From Candidatus Bathyarchaeota archaeon (GTDB taxonomy: Archaea > Thermoproteota > Bathyarchaeia > Bathyarchaeales > Bathycorpusculaceae): a DNA stretch of 64,000 nucleotides. The stretch covers positions 352,001-416,000 of the forward strand of contig CAWEPZ010000011.1 in the NCBI GenBank assembly GCA_963811105.1. The letters run 5' to 3'. A program made the position numbers and the translations under genes. Positions 29,836 to 40,273 of this stretch are shown here, piece after piece. Under the pieces are notes generated by a model. The model worked only from the letters and a program-made list of their open reading frames with translations. It had not been told where the DNA came from and made no database searches. Position 1 is the stretch's first letter; every line of letters begins with the position of its first letter.

Positions 29836-30393
29836 TTAAAGTATTTTTTCTTTAGCAACCGCCAATATGTCGCTGGGTTTAAGCAACGACAAGCCTGTTA
29901 AGCCGCCTATGACCTCAATAAGAAGAATGCGGTTTGGATTCTCAAGGTCTGCTTTACGCTTGATGTCTGATGCGGCTGCCTCAATTATGTCTTTAGAGTG
30001 AAGCGCCGTAAAGCGTTTTTCAACGGTTACCCGAAAAGTTTCTTCCTCGCCTATTCGAGCGGCTAACTCTTGGGTTGCTTGTTTTATTTCTTCCAAACCT
30101 GTTGGCACAACCTTTTCGATGGGCAAGATACGCATTGCGTAGCGGAATTCGTAGGGTCGCTCATTCAGTATAGCTCGGAATTTATAAATAACCAGACATG
30201 GATCCAAACTGGTTTTGCCCACAATTAATCCTTTGACTTTTGTTTTGCTAACTTGCGCTTCTGTGTCACCTAACTCTTCTGTGAGTAGAAAATGCAGTTC
30301 GTTGCACATTGGGCGTTCGTTTCCCCGTGAAGTTGTAGCTAGAAGGTTGAAGTCGTTAATCATTTTGATTGATCTCTGAGAGGGTAGATGCAC
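29836..30393 (-). CDS. Stand-alone THUMP-domain RNA-binding protein
   Basis: TFRVTVEKR, ADLENP..ILLIEV. Confidence 0.88.
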   Translation of the reverse strand: MHLPSQRSIKMINDFNLLATTSRGNERPMCNELHFLLTEELGDTEAQVSKTKVKGLIVGKTSLDPCLVIYKFRAILNERPYEFRYAMRILPIEKVVPTGLEEIKQATQELAARIGEEETFRVTVEKRFTALHSKDIIEAAASDIKRKADLENPNRILLIEVIGGLTGLSLLKPSDILAVAKEKIL

Positions 30394-30608
30394 TATGTTA
30401 TTTTTGCTTTATCCTTCTGAGTATGTATTTAGAGATTGTTCTACTTTCAAAACTTACGTACGACATTCCTGCCAAGTATATAATTATTATTCAGCATTGT
30501 TCAATATAGAAGAAGCGATCACTTTTTAGGATTAAACGGTGTTTTTTGAGATAATTTCTGCGATAAAACATTTAAAAACTTGCGTTTCAATGAATAGGAA
30601 CTATGGTT

Positions 30609-30685
30609 GCCCCGATGGCTCAGCCTGGTAGAGCGGCTGCCTCGTAAGCAGCAGGCCGCGGGATCAAAGCCCGCTCGAGGCTCCA
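30609..30685 (+). tRNA. tRNA-Thr(CGT)
   Basis: Cloverleaf, anticodon stem GCTGC/GCAGC with loop CTCGTAA, T73, encoded CCA. Confidence 0.92.
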
Positions 30686-30723
30686 ATTACTTTTTTTAGC
30701 AGATTTGGTTTGGGAATTTCGAG

Positions 30724-30837
30724 TTATGGTGCTTGTTCTTTCAGGAATTTCCGGTATTTCCTCTCATAATATGCGAAAGCAGCCGTCAGGGTGCCAGTGC
30801 ATAACACTATCAAAGAAATGTTGGTTAATTCAATCAA
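30724..30837 (-). CDS. 37-aa single-TM small protein (MIELTNISLIVLCTGTLTAAFAYYERKYRKFLKEQAP)
   Basis: GGAGG SD before TTG; hydrophobic helix then basic tail. Confidence 0.45.
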   Translation of the reverse strand: MIELTNISLIVLCTGTLTAAFAYYERKYRKFLKEQAP

Positions 30838-31158
30838 TCTTCCGCCTCCTAGATGTATGGGAAGAAGACGATTTCTTTTGGAGCAAATTTCTTCTTTTCC
30901 GGTGATGTTTTTTTCATTATTTCAGTCAATTCGATTGTTAATAGGCCTGTGACGGGATAAGAAGGTGATTGAGATTTGTGCATAATACTTGTGAATTTTT
31001 ATACAAGATTAAAAATATTGATTAATAGAGTGCATCAATGTCTGAGTATTCCAAGATAATCATAGCGTTTGGTTTTTTCGTGTAGTTGTGTTGTGCATTA
31101 GTGCATCGTTCGAGGTTTACGAGAAATGTTTATTAAATATTGCTATACTCGATGTTAA

Positions 31159-31515
31159 ATGCCTCAGGGAGCGATTGATATGCAATTTTTCCATGGGCAC
31201 AATGAAGAAAAACTCAAGTGCCCCTACAAAGGATGCGAAAAAGTATTCGACAAACCCACAGTTATCACAGACACCTCCATAATCCCGAGACAATCACATT
31301 ACGCTTGTCCCTTTTGCATGTCAAAACTCGAGATATCAACACTGAACTCAAAAATAATCAGCATAAAACCAACCGAGTACCCAACAGTTTTTGATTCTCC
31401 AGCTAAATGCGCACGTTACGGTGGACTTCTTCACACCCCAGGAGAAAGCATGCTTTCGCAAGATGATTGTCTAATCTGCCCAAAAGTACTTCAATGTAAC
31501 AAACGCAAAAAATAG
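31159..31515 (+). CDS. Cys-rich zinc-finger protein
   Basis: CPYKGC...CPFC and C...CLIC...C motifs. Confidence 0.75.
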   Translation: MPQGAIDMQFFHGHNEEKLKCPYKGCEKVFDKPTVITDTSIIPRQSHYACPFCMSKLEISTLNSKIISIKPTEYPTVFDSPAKCARYGGLLHTPGESMLSQDDCLICPKVLQCNKRKK

Positions 31516-31631
31516 CAAAAAGCGCGGATAGGGCTAGAGACTAATGTTCATTGAACCTGAGAGAGATTGTCTTTCTGTGGCTTGTACGTTTTCTATACGA
31601 AGTCTCTATTCTCATTCGTTCCCAGCAACTC

Positions 31632-32174
31632 TTAAAATCTATTGTTAAAATTCCCTGAACCTGATGAAGTTTGCCTCTCAGTTACTTCCCCGTGTTCGAT
31701 AACAATTACCGCTGCAATAACTACCAGATGGTCAACGTTTCCCGTTATTGAAACTCCGAGTTGGTCTCTCAGGGTTACCCATTTCCTATGAATCGAAGCC
31801 ACGGGTGCTCCATCGACTTCTATTTGGTATTCGTGTTCGGTGAAGTCTCCGAAGATACGCATAAACTCGAGACCGTTTTTTTCGACCCAGAATTCTTCGC
31901 CGATAAACTTGGCTATTTTGCGTTTTATTGTACCGAGCTCTTCGCCGCTTGGATTATAAAGAGTAAATTCCCTGTGTAGCGAGAAGGTTTTACCCTGCAG
32001 GTGCATGAGTTCCAAGCCATGGGTGTCTAAAAGGACAAATTTAGGCGGGATTTGAATTATGTTGCCGTCTGTTTCGCCCAGCTTGTTGCCTTTCAAGTCG
32101 ATAAAATCATAGTGCTCCCTTGCAGAGAGGATTTTCTTTTGCATGATGAAATCGTTCGCTTCTAGAAGACTCAT
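31632..32174 (-). CDS. LURP-one/scramblase (Tubby C-like) family protein
   Basis: Repeated LG.IK/VASIHRKW..RD motifs, GDF..HEY, C-terminal buried helix. Confidence 0.85.
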   Translation of the reverse strand: MSLLEANDFIMQKKILSAREHYDFIDLKGNKLGETDGNIIQIPPKFVLLDTHGLELMHLQGKTFSLHREFTLYNPSGEELGTIKRKIAKFIGEEFWVEKNGLEFMRIFGDFTEHEYQIEVDGAPVASIHRKWVTLRDQLGVSITGNVDHLVVIAAVIVIEHGEVTERQTSSGSGNFNNRF

Positions 32175-32354
32175 GAATGATAACCGATTAAAGATTGCAC
32201 CATTTATCCTAAAAGCTTTTGTAATCGCAAAAAGACATCGGTCACCAATCGAATGCCAAAACCAAATCGTTTTAAGGGTAAAAGTTTATATTTCCGTTAA
32301 CTTTTTGCTTATTTCCGAAATAAATAAAGTTCTATTAAAGTAGGGATAACAAAT

Positions 32355-34007
32355 ATGGCGTATTTAACAACAACAGGTTCAGGACAGCCAGTCTTGATTC
32401 TTAAAGAAGGAACAACCAGAAGTCGGGGTAAAGAAGCCCAAAGAAACAACATCATGGCCGCGCGAGTAATTGGCGAAGTACTAAAGACAACCCTAGGACC
32501 AAGAGGAATGGATAAAATGCTTATCGACAGCCTAGGCGACATAACAATAACAAACGACGGCGCAGCAATCTTAAAAGAAATCGACGTCGAGCATCCAGCA
32601 GCAAAAATGATGGTTGAAATAGCAAAAACCCAAGATGATATGGTCGGCGACGGAACAACCAGCGCAGTAGTTCTCGCAAGCGAACTGCTCAAAAAAGCAG
32701 AAGAACTCCTTGACCAAAACATTCACCCAATTATCCTAGTCAGCGGCTACCGAAAAGCCTCACAGAAAGCAATCGAAGTCATAAACAAAATAGCCGTACC
32801 ACTTGACATAAACGACCGCAAAACACTCCTTAAAGTAGCATTAACATCAATGAGCAGCAAAGCAGTAGGCAGCGCAAAAGATCACCTAGCAGAAATCAGC
32901 ATAGATGCAGTCAAACAAATCACGGAACAACGCGGCGACAAAACCATCGCAGATATTGACAACATCCAACTCATCAAGAAAACAGGCAAAAGCCTCTTAG
33001 AAACAGAACTTATCAGAGGCATCATCATCGACAAAGAAGTAGTCAACCCAGGCATGCCAAAAACCAAAGAAAATGCAAAAATCGCGCTCCTCGACTCAGC
33101 ATTGGAAATAGAAAAAACCGAAATCACAGCTGAAATCCGGATTAAAGACCCTTCACAAATGAAAGCCTTCCTTGATCAAGAAACTGACATGATGCAAAAA
33201 ATGGTTACAAAAGTCAAAGCCTCAGGCGCAGACATTGTATTCTGCCAAAAAGGCATCGACGACATGGTTCAGCACTTCTTAGCAAAAAACGGCATAATGG
33301 CGGCAAGGCGAGTCAAAGAATCTGACATGGAGAAACTTGCAAGAGCAACAGGCGGAAGAATTGTAAGCGACTTAGATGACCTTAAAGCAGCAGATCTTGG
33401 ATTGGCAGGCTTAGTGGAAGAACGCAAAATCGGCGATGACAAGATGATTTTCGTCGAAAAATGCAAAGACCCACACAGCGTAGCCATACTTATTCGCGCG
33501 GGACTTGAACGTATGGTTGACGAAGCAGAAAGAGCAATGATTGACTCACTCTCAGTAGTTTCAGATGTAATTGAAAATAGCAAAATCGTTCCAGGCGGCG
33601 GAGCAGTCGAAATTGAAATAGCTAAAGAATTACGCAAATACGCAACCAAAGTTGGCGGAAGAGAACAACTCGCGGTCGAAGCATTTGCAGACGCAGTCGA
33701 AGTGATTCCGAGAACCTTAGCCGAAAATGGAGGTCTCGAACCCATAGACATCCTTGTCGAGCTACGCTCAAAACATGATTCTGCTGAAGGCAAAAACTTT
33801 GGCATCAACATTTTCACAGGCAAACTACAAGACAGCATTGCAAACGGAGTTATAGAGCCAATGGTAGTCAAAGAACAAGCAATCAAATCAGCAGCCGAAT
33901 CGGCAGCCATGATACTACGTATAGACGACGTAATAACCAGCAAATCTCCAAAAGGCGGCCCAGGTGGTCCAGGTGGACCCGGCGGAATGCCTGGCGGGGA
34001 AGAATAA
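32355..34007 (+). CDS. ths: Thermosome (group II chaperonin) subunit
   Basis: [26 protein letters not shown]; Gly/Pro/Met tail. Confidence 0.98.
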   Translation: MAYLTTTGSGQPVLILKEGTTRSRGKEAQRNNIMAARVIGEVLKTTLGPRGMDKMLIDSLGDITITNDGAAILKEIDVEHPAAKMMVEIAKTQDDMVGDGTTSAVVLASELLKKAEELLDQNIHPIILVSGYRKASQKAIEVINKIAVPLDINDRKTLLKVALTSMSSKAVGSAKDHLAEISIDAVKQITEQRGDKTIADIDNIQLIKKTGKSLLETELIRGIIIDKEVVNPGMPKTKENAKIALLDSALEIEKTEITAEIRIKDPSQMKAFLDQETDMMQKMVTKVKASGADIVFCQKGIDDMVQHFLAKNGIMAARRVKESDMEKLARATGGRIVSDLDDLKAADLGLAGLVEERKIGDDKMIFVEKCKDPHSVAILIRAGLERMVDEAERAMIDSLSVVSDVIENSKIVPGGGAVEIEIAKELRKYATKVGGREQLAVEAFADAVEVIPRTLAENGGLEPIDILVELRSKHDSAEGKNFGINIFTGKLQDSIANGVIEPMVVKEQAIKSAAESAAMILRIDDVITSKSPKGGPGGPGGPGGMPGGEE

Positions 34008-34009
34008 AT

Positions 34010-34035
34010 CTCCCTTTTAATTTTTCTTTTTAATT
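34010..34035 (+). terminator. T-rich archaeal terminator after thermosome
   Basis: CCCTTTTAATTTTTCTTTTT directly after the stop. Confidence 0.5.
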
Positions 34036-34117
34036 ATATTCTTAATTGAATTTTAATGCGTTTTGTTTGAGGCTTGTTTTCTCGTTTTGGCTTAAGCGAA
34101 CAGCATTTTATTGGTAC

Positions 34118-34816
34118 TTAATTGTCAAGGAAACCTCGTTCTACCAAAAAATGCTTTACGGATTTTATAACTTTGTAAAACTTTTGTCTACTTGGCAGAT
34201 AGAGAAGAACATATGAGATGCTGAGGAGAAGCTTTGTAATTGTGTTAAGCGGGAAAGCTAAGGCTTGCGGATTGTTTATAGCGATTTTTGGCCAAGCAAA
34301 ATCATAAAGGACTTTTGGAAATTCAAACTGTGGAAATCCTATCGTTATCCAGAAAATCCACAAAACAGCTGTAATCAGGAGAGTCAGCCAGAACCACTTA
34401 TTAGCTTTCATATATTTGTAACCAGACAACCCACTTAGCGAGATCAATCCATAACTAATGAAAATAGTATTTCCATTCAACAAAAAATAAGGCGGCTTTC
34501 CGTAATTCCAGGAATCCCAAAATGAGAAATGAAACAGAATTTCATAAAGCCAAATCAGTGAGATTAAGCTGGTTAGAGAAATTATGAAAATCTCAGCGGC
34601 AGGCACGCCATTCATTCTGAGAAAAATTGTTACTCCCAAATAAACTATTGCAAAGGTCATCCAAGAAGCCCAGAAAATTCCACCTAAACCCCACACATCA
34701 AAAGTAATCAGCCACTCAAACGATGAAAATGCTAACAGAAAAAGCATCAAGAATATGGCTACGTAATTTAGTAGCCCAAGTACATTGCTCAAACTTACTT
34801 TTTTGAGGTTAATCAA
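34118..34816 (-). CDS. Multi-pass membrane protein
   Basis: About six hydrophobic, Trp/Phe-rich helices. Confidence 0.75.
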   Translation of the reverse strand: MINLKKVSLSNVLGLLNYVAIFLMLFLLAFSSFEWLITFDVWGLGGIFWASWMTFAIVYLGVTIFLRMNGVPAAEIFIISLTSLISLIWLYEILFHFSFWDSWNYGKPPYFLLNGNTIFISYGLISLSGLSGYKYMKANKWFWLTLLITAVLWIFWITIGFPQFEFPKVLYDFAWPKIAINNPQALAFPLNTITKLLLSISYVLLYLPSRQKFYKVIKSVKHFLVERGFLDN

Positions 34817-34873
34817 TAAACTACGGCTTCCCTATCTGTAAATGAGATGTCTTTAGCTCTTAATTTTTTTGTT

Positions 34874-35452
34874 TCAAAGACAGATACTTTGAGTATTATT
34901 TACTTGAACTTGGTTTTTTGGATAACTGTAATGGAAATTTATATAATGCAAATAGCAATCACAACTAAAAAATGTACATTTCAACCAGGAATATGCTGTT
35001 TGTCGAGCAACTAATATTGACGTTTTTGGTTTTTTCCTGGAGCGAAAGGCTTGTAATAGAAAGATCGCTGAAGAAACAATCGTTAGCACCATTAGAAGCC
35101 AGAATGCTCCTTGAACTGAAGCATGTGCAAGCAAATGAGGAACCAGAATGGCGACCTCTGCAATTAAAACGCCCAAAAATATGAATCCGAAAATGGCTAA
35201 GCTCGGCACAAGATTTTTCCCAATCCAAACGTGCCCTTTTAGACCAACTTTTTCCTTAACTATATAATTTCCATATTCATCTTTTGCTACCCAGCCTAAA
35301 TCTACTAGTTTCTGAAGGTTTCTGTAAGCTACGCTTGGGCTACTTAGGTTTGCTCCACGCATCAAGTCTCTTGGGCCAACGGGTTTCCCAACCTTGACAA
35401 GATAAACATATGTTTGAAATGTTGAATCATTTAATTCTGCATCAGTCGCCAA
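34874..35452 (-). CDS. Membrane-anchored winged-helix regulator (wHTH plus 2 TM)
   Basis: GPRDLMRGANLSSPSVAYRNLQKLVDLGWV..D.YG.Y; start placed at TTG after GGGAGG SD. Confidence 0.8.
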   Translation of the reverse strand: MATDAELNDSTFQTYVYLVKVGKPVGPRDLMRGANLSSPSVAYRNLQKLVDLGWVAKDEYGNYIVKEKVGLKGHVWIGKNLVPSLAIFGFIFLGVLIAEVAILVPHLLAHASVQGAFWLLMVLTIVSSAIFLLQAFRSRKKPKTSILVARQTAYSWLKCTFFSCDCYLHYINFHYSYPKNQVQVNNTQSICL

Positions 35453-35492
35453 GCGAACAGCCTCCCTTTTCAACCAAATAGAAAACTCCACC

Positions 35493-35705
35493 TTAAAAAC
35501 AAAACCTAAAAACCCCAAGAAAATTGAACCCGCCCACTTCATTAAGCCATGCTTCTGCAGCACTAGGAAGCTCGTCAGGAAACTCCGAAAAGGTGGAAGA
35601 AAAAATGTACACCTCGCAAGTTTCTTCTTCTTCTTTGACAAACTCTGAAGAAGGAGGGCACGGTGCTTCCTCTGATTGTCCTTCCTCTTTCAAAATCTGG
35701 AACAT
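35493..35705 (-). CDS. Small acidic hypothetical protein
   Basis: 70-aa ORF co-oriented between neighbours; no recognised motif. Confidence 0.3.
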   Translation of the reverse strand: MFQILKEEGQSEEAPCPPSSEFVKEEEETCEVYIFSSTFSEFPDELPSAAEAWLNEVGGFNFLGVFRFCF

Positions 35706-35753
35706 TAGATCGCGCAGTAAAACCCCAAGAAACTAGATTCATAACATGCTTGT

Positions 35754-36935
35754 TTAACCCTTGAGAGTTTGATTCCAGTAAATTAGTGAGTTATATCGGT
35801 TTTCAGTGGTTTGTTTGAATTGGGCATCATTACAAACAATATCAAAGTTGGATCCATCTTGTCTTGCAAGAGCGTTTACATCCATCCATATTTTTTGAGA
35901 TTGAGCGTCAGCATTCCACAGGCCCCAAATGTTATCTTGCGCACTTCGAAAACCAAAGCCGTAGTCTTTGGGAAGAACATAAGCGGTTTTTACTTTTTCA
36001 TAGTTTGCGTTGGTTGGCGGGTTGTTTGAAATGTAGTTCCAGAATTTTTTAAGTGCATCCATATGCGTGCTATTTAGTATGCCGTAGGTTGGAGTATTTG
36101 GATTTGTAATGTCGGGATAGCTGAAGACAACTGTGTATTTTGCCCCGTTGTTGTAAGCCAACAACAAATCATTGTAAAGTTGTGGTCCTGACTCAATGTA
36201 GGGTGGTTGACGATAAGTCCAAGTAATCATTGCGCCCCAGTCCTTGTTATTTGCTCTAGCAGCACCTCTACATAGAGCAATTTGTACCTCTCTGCTGTTA
36301 TTCCATCCGAACTCAGCCAGCACGGCATCATATCCTGCTTTATAGTCAAACCAATACAATTCATAATCAGCGGTCAACACTGTTTGGCCAGTATTGGTGA
36401 AGTATTTCAAATAACTGCCTAAACCATTAACGTAGCCCGATGCCGCGGAAGAAGAGTCCGAGGCGTTGCGAACCAGTTGGTACCTACTGGCGTCAATTTG
36501 GTCTCCTCCGGGTTCATCCCATCTGTAAACTGCAAGGAACTTATCGCCGTACTTTTGCATGGCATTGGAGATCCATTGTGCGGGGGTGTAGTTTCCCCAA
36601 TCAGAGTACATTGTAACATTAGTGAATAAGATGACGAATTGAAGACCTGAACTGTAAATGTAATCGCAGCTTTCATCGAGTAGGGTTCGATTTATTGAGA
36701 ACTCTGGTAAACCGAGAACGAAAACATTCGTGTAATCCTTTACTTCATTAACTAATGCTTTCAAGCTGTTGAAGTCGCCATAGGCTTGTTCGACGCCTAC
36801 ATAAAATTGACTTTTAGGCACTTTATTGCTGCCAAAATTAACCGATAAACCGGTTGAAACAAGGAGAATTATCAACATTACTGACAAAAACATCAATACT
36901 CTTTTGTTTGCCTTAAACCATCTTGGCAGATGCAA
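35754..36935 (-). CDS. Membrane-anchored extracellular TIM-barrel/glycoside hydrolase-like protein
   Basis: N-terminal TM, Y.WDEPGG, DY.LYWFDY..GYD.VLAEFGWN; many NxS/T sequons. Confidence 0.7.
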   Translation of the reverse strand: MHLPRWFKANKRVLMFLSVMLIILLVSTGLSVNFGSNKVPKSQFYVGVEQAYGDFNSLKALVNEVKDYTNVFVLGLPEFSINRTLLDESCDYIYSSGLQFVILFTNVTMYSDWGNYTPAQWISNAMQKYGDKFLAVYRWDEPGGDQIDASRYQLVRNASDSSSAASGYVNGLGSYLKYFTNTGQTVLTADYELYWFDYKAGYDAVLAEFGWNNSREVQIALCRGAARANNKDWGAMITWTYRQPPYIESGPQLYNDLLLAYNNGAKYTVVFSYPDITNPNTPTYGILNSTHMDALKKFWNYISNNPPTNANYEKVKTAYVLPKDYGFGFRSAQDNIWGLWNADAQSQKIWMDVNALARQDGSNFDIVCNDAQFKQTTENRYNSLIYWNQTLKG

Positions 36936-37316
36936 TTAATATCAAGCCAGAGATAATCATGCGAAGGAGAAAAAGCTTTCTTGCTTACGTCTTAATAGCG
37001 GCTAGCCATAATTTGCTGAGTTTGCTTTACAACCGCTCGATTTTGTTTTCTCGTGTTTGATTTTTGATACTTCCATTTATTATTCAAATAAGTAGAGAGA
37101 GGAAGAGGGCTAGCATGTATAAAAAAACGTTTAGACTGCGTCAAATATGGATAACGAGCCTGATGAAGAAGCGCCCAGCAGATGTGCTGCCGAATTGTCA
37201 ATTATTAAGAGCACATTTATAGAATCAGATTACTTGCCAATTAACTATTTAACCTTGCTTAAGGTTAGCTAAGGTTTTTATGGTTCTTGCGAAATTATCT
37301 TTCTCTGCAACACTTC

Positions 37317-37394
37317 GGGGCTGTCGGCTAGCTTGGTCTAGGCTTGTAGACTTGGGCTCTATAGACTCCGGTTCAAATCCGGGCAGCCCCACCA
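37317..37394 (+). tRNA. tRNA-Pro(TGG)
   Basis: GGGGCTG/CAGCCCC acceptor, loop CTTGGGC, GTTCAAATC, CCA. Confidence 0.95.
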
Positions 37395-37437
37395 ATTTAA
37401 CAAATTAACGCTTCTGTCAAATTTTTGCTGCAATAAA

Positions 37438-37798
37438 CTATCCCTTACCCGAGTTTTCCTTAACGCGATACTTTACAATTTCCTTAACTAAATCAAATGG
37501 GATTGGTTCGTCGATCGGGAATCTAACTGTGCCCTTGCTTGTTTCTTAGGGCGCCAATTTCTCGTTGAACGCTTCAACACCTGATGCTATTGGAAAAAAT
37601 CCAATGTGTTTTTTGAATGCAGCGAACCACACTAAGATTCCGTTTAATTTGAAGGCATGCATTCGGTAACTGACTATCTCTTGTGCGTGAGGCGCTGCTT
37701 CTTGGATAGCTTTTCCTTAGCGACAGTAAAATGTCCTGTGTATTTTTGGAAAAAGAAGCTATGGATTCATCGATGGATTTGAAACCTTTAGGCTTCAT
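37438..37798 (-). pseudogene. Disrupted YdhG/DUF1801-family gene
   Basis: SIDE.I..F...Q..L..LR, then after a frameshift AAPHAQEIVSYRMHAF...FAAFKKHIGFFP, in-frame TAA, SKGTVRFPIDEPIPFDLV. Confidence 0.8.
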
Positions 37799-37948
37799 AA
37801 CAGGTACCTGTAAATTATCGTTTCTGCATTCATCTATTCGTTAATTAGAATTTAAATTTTAATAGAGAACTCGTCTATGACTTCAAAAAGCTTTCTTATT
37901 TTTGTGATTATAAAATTTGGAAAATAATCATTAATTACGCGGTTTGAC

Positions 37949-38182
37949 TTAGTCTACCGCTTCAACTTTCTGTATTTCTGGAACTCTCTCTTTAATAAGT
38001 GCTTCAACACCCTGTTTGAGAGTCATTGTAGCCATGGGGCAACCTGCACAGGCGCCGGTCAATCGGACTTTTACAGTCTGCTTTTCAACAGCTATTAGTT
38101 CTACGTTTCCCCCATCAGCTTGGATTTGTGGTCTAATTTCTTCTAAGGCTTTTTGTACTCTTTTTTCTACAGATTCAGTCAT
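37949..38182 (-). CDS. NifU-C family Fe-S carrier
   Basis: IRPQIQADGGNVEL, GACAGCP. Confidence 0.93.
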   Translation of the reverse strand: MTESVEKRVQKALEEIRPQIQADGGNVELIAVEKQTVKVRLTGACAGCPMATMTLKQGVEALIKERVPEIQKVEAVD

Positions 38183-38368
38183 GTAAATTCACTTTCCTTT
38201 CTTGAAGAGAATTATTGATTATAAAAGTTCCTGTTGTAAGTTTTGGTTTGAAGGGCATACTGGCATGTGAAGGTGATTCAATGTATTATTTTATCTTCCG
38301 AGTTGTTAGATAGCTACGTTTGCTTTAACCGAAATGTTAAAATTGGCTCAAATTCTCCTTTTGAATAG

Positions 38369-38788
38369 GTGAATTTTTTGCCAATTAAACAAAAAGGAAC
38401 AAAAGACGATCCTTGGATACTTAAAACGCCTCCCGGCACCTCTGAATTTAAGGCATATAAGGACGAAGCCTCCGACCCACCAGCGATCGTTGTTTGGGTT
38501 GGAAAAACAGAGCTCAAATATCAACTTCGCGCCCTGGACGATTTGCATAAAATGTTGAAGCAAAAAGGCGACTGGAAGCCGCTTGGCAGCGCAGACGAGC
38601 AGAAACCAGCTACGGAAGCAACGGTTGAAGCTTGGGGCAGATCATCAAAAAACCCCGTCGGCGGGTGGTACGGACTCAAGAAAGGCTTGCGAGGGCGATT
38701 TGCAAACTATATACCTCCAATAATGGAAGAGTTAGGTTTAGCAGAAGTAGAACATAACCCTAAAAACAATCGAATGCGAGCAATCTAA
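38369..38788 (+). CDS. Conserved hypothetical protein (DUF6855-like)
   Basis: GTKDDPW.LKTPPGTSE, TVEAWGR..NPVGGWYGL..G.RGRF, NNRMRA; family recalled from memory. Confidence 0.7.
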   Translation: MNFLPIKQKGTKDDPWILKTPPGTSEFKAYKDEASDPPAIVVWVGKTELKYQLRALDDLHKMLKQKGDWKPLGSADEQKPATEATVEAWGRSSKNPVGGWYGLKKGLRGRFANYIPPIMEELGLAEVEHNPKNNRMRAI

Positions 38789-38881
38789 TTTTTTCTTTTT
38801 TTGACTTTGTAGAGCCCAAAGTAATTTCCCGATAATATATAAAGGAAAAACTATTTTATTGAAACGTTGTTCGAATACGAT

Positions 38882-39079
38882 TTAAGGGATCTTTTCTTGC
38901 AATTTGGGAATTACATTGTTTATCCATTCAGCTTTTGCAATGTATTCTTCGCGTAACTGTGACTGAGTGTAAATGTTAATTTCTTTACTGCCTGCAGCTA
39001 ATCGACGTTTGGTTCCCTTAACCTTGTTGTTTCGTTTTGGCTGAGTTTCTCTTTTTGATTTATAATTTTTGCGATTCAT
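38882..39079 (-). CDS. Small basic hypothetical protein
   Basis: 65-aa Lys/Arg-rich ORF with ATG. Confidence 0.45.
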   Translation of the reverse strand: MNRKNYKSKRETQPKRNNKVKGTKRRLAAGSKEINIYTQSQLREEYIAKAEWINNVIPKLQEKIP

Positions 39080-39171
39080 GTTTGATCAACGTTTGTTCCA
39101 ACCTTTAATAAAGTACCAATCATATAGAAGTTTCGTAGCATTTTTGATTAAGACGCACACAAAACTACTTT

Positions 39172-39477
39172 TCATGCCCACAATGATTGAACGAATGGTT
39201 TTAGAACGTTTGAAGAAATGAAGTAGTGCTCGCTATCCAGTAACAAACTTAGTTTATGTTGGTTGACAAAATCTGTAATAAATTCAAGTGCGTTGCTGTT
39301 AACCAAGTGTTGTTCAATGCTTAAAACAATTCCATCTTTTATGGTATCAAGCATCTTTACGTTTAAACTGCAGCCCGATCCAATTTCTCTTTTATATATC
39401 ATAGCCTCAGATATTTTCAATTTGTCTTCATCCAACCAATTTTGTCTCGCACAAGTTAGCCAAAAAATTCTGGACAA
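39172..39477 (-). CDS. Hypothetical protein
   Basis: 101-aa ORF with globular composition. Confidence 0.55.
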   Translation of the reverse strand: MSRIFWLTCARQNWLDEDKLKISEAMIYKREIGSGCSLNVKMLDTIKDGIVLSIEQHLVNSNALEFITDFVNQHKLSLLLDSEHYFISSNVLKPFVQSLWA

Positions 39478-39613
39478 ATATGCTAAAACTGGTTAATAAT
39501 AATAGTTACACGAACACTCTTAAGGCTTCGCTTGATAAAAACCAAAAAACCATGCTTCTCGCCATATACCAGTTATTCAAGTTCGCCAGTGTTGATTCGC
39601 AAGCTATTCTTAT

Positions 39614-40099
39614 TTAGGTTGTTTGGTTTCTAAAATCATGTGTGTTTTGAGAAAATTCATCTTGATTCTTTATGTAAACTTTTTTAAGTACATATATTTC
39701 AGTGAAAAAAACTGTGAATAACGAGAGGAAACTTATTGCCATCGCCATAGAAAAATAGTCATCAACTCGTTGCAAGCTAGGAATTAGAAAAATCTCTAAA
39801 AAGAGCGTGCCACTAGCAATAGCGCTTACTGCAAAGACAACCGATAGCGCAGTCAATCGTAGGACAAGACTGTTTTTTATTTTGTAGCTGTAATAGATAA
39901 TTAATAAGGCAATGGCAAGAATTAGCGAACCGTTAACGATATGTGCCAAAACCTCTACTCCGCCAGCATAGCCGAAAAAATTGAAGGGCGAGTTAAGGGG
40001 GACAATTATGAATAGGTTATTGGTCATGCCCATCCAAAACTGAGCAAACAAAAGGACAATTTCAATAATAAAGAGCTTAAATAGACGCATAAAAACCAA
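39614..40099 (-). CDS. Four-TM membrane protein
   Basis: Q.W.GM..N and AHI..G motifs in hydrophobic helices. Confidence 0.7.
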   Translation of the reverse strand: MVFMRLFKLFIIEIVLLFAQFWMGMTNNLFIIVPLNSPFNFFGYAGGVEVLAHIVNGSLILAIALLIIYYSYKIKNSLVLRLTALSVVFAVSAIASGTLFLEIFLIPSLQRVDDYFSMAMAISFLSLFTVFFTEIYVLKKVYIKNQDEFSQNTHDFRNQTT

Positions 40100-40273
40100 G
40101 ATAGAAAAGAGATTAACTACCCTAAAAAGTTTCTTCGACCTGCCTTGATTACCAAAGTAAAAAAACCCGGTTTTTTCTATAGTTATGATAGGATCTTTTT
40201 TGGATTAATGGTTTTCAATTATTTGCAGTATTTTTTAAGAGCCTTTCCAACAGCATCACCAATGATTAGTTTG

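Noticed and set aside
33269-33943. 224-aa minus-strand ORF and similar long antisense ORFs (15340-15879, 51060-51482, 8052-8459)
   Set aside because: Shadows of well-supported genes; Ser/Ile-rich composition typical of antisense frames
35453-35641. N-terminal extension of the 255-aa ORF in the track
   Set aside because: A GGGAGG SD and TTG at 35452 mark the start of the wHTH domain; the extension looks non-coding in this frame
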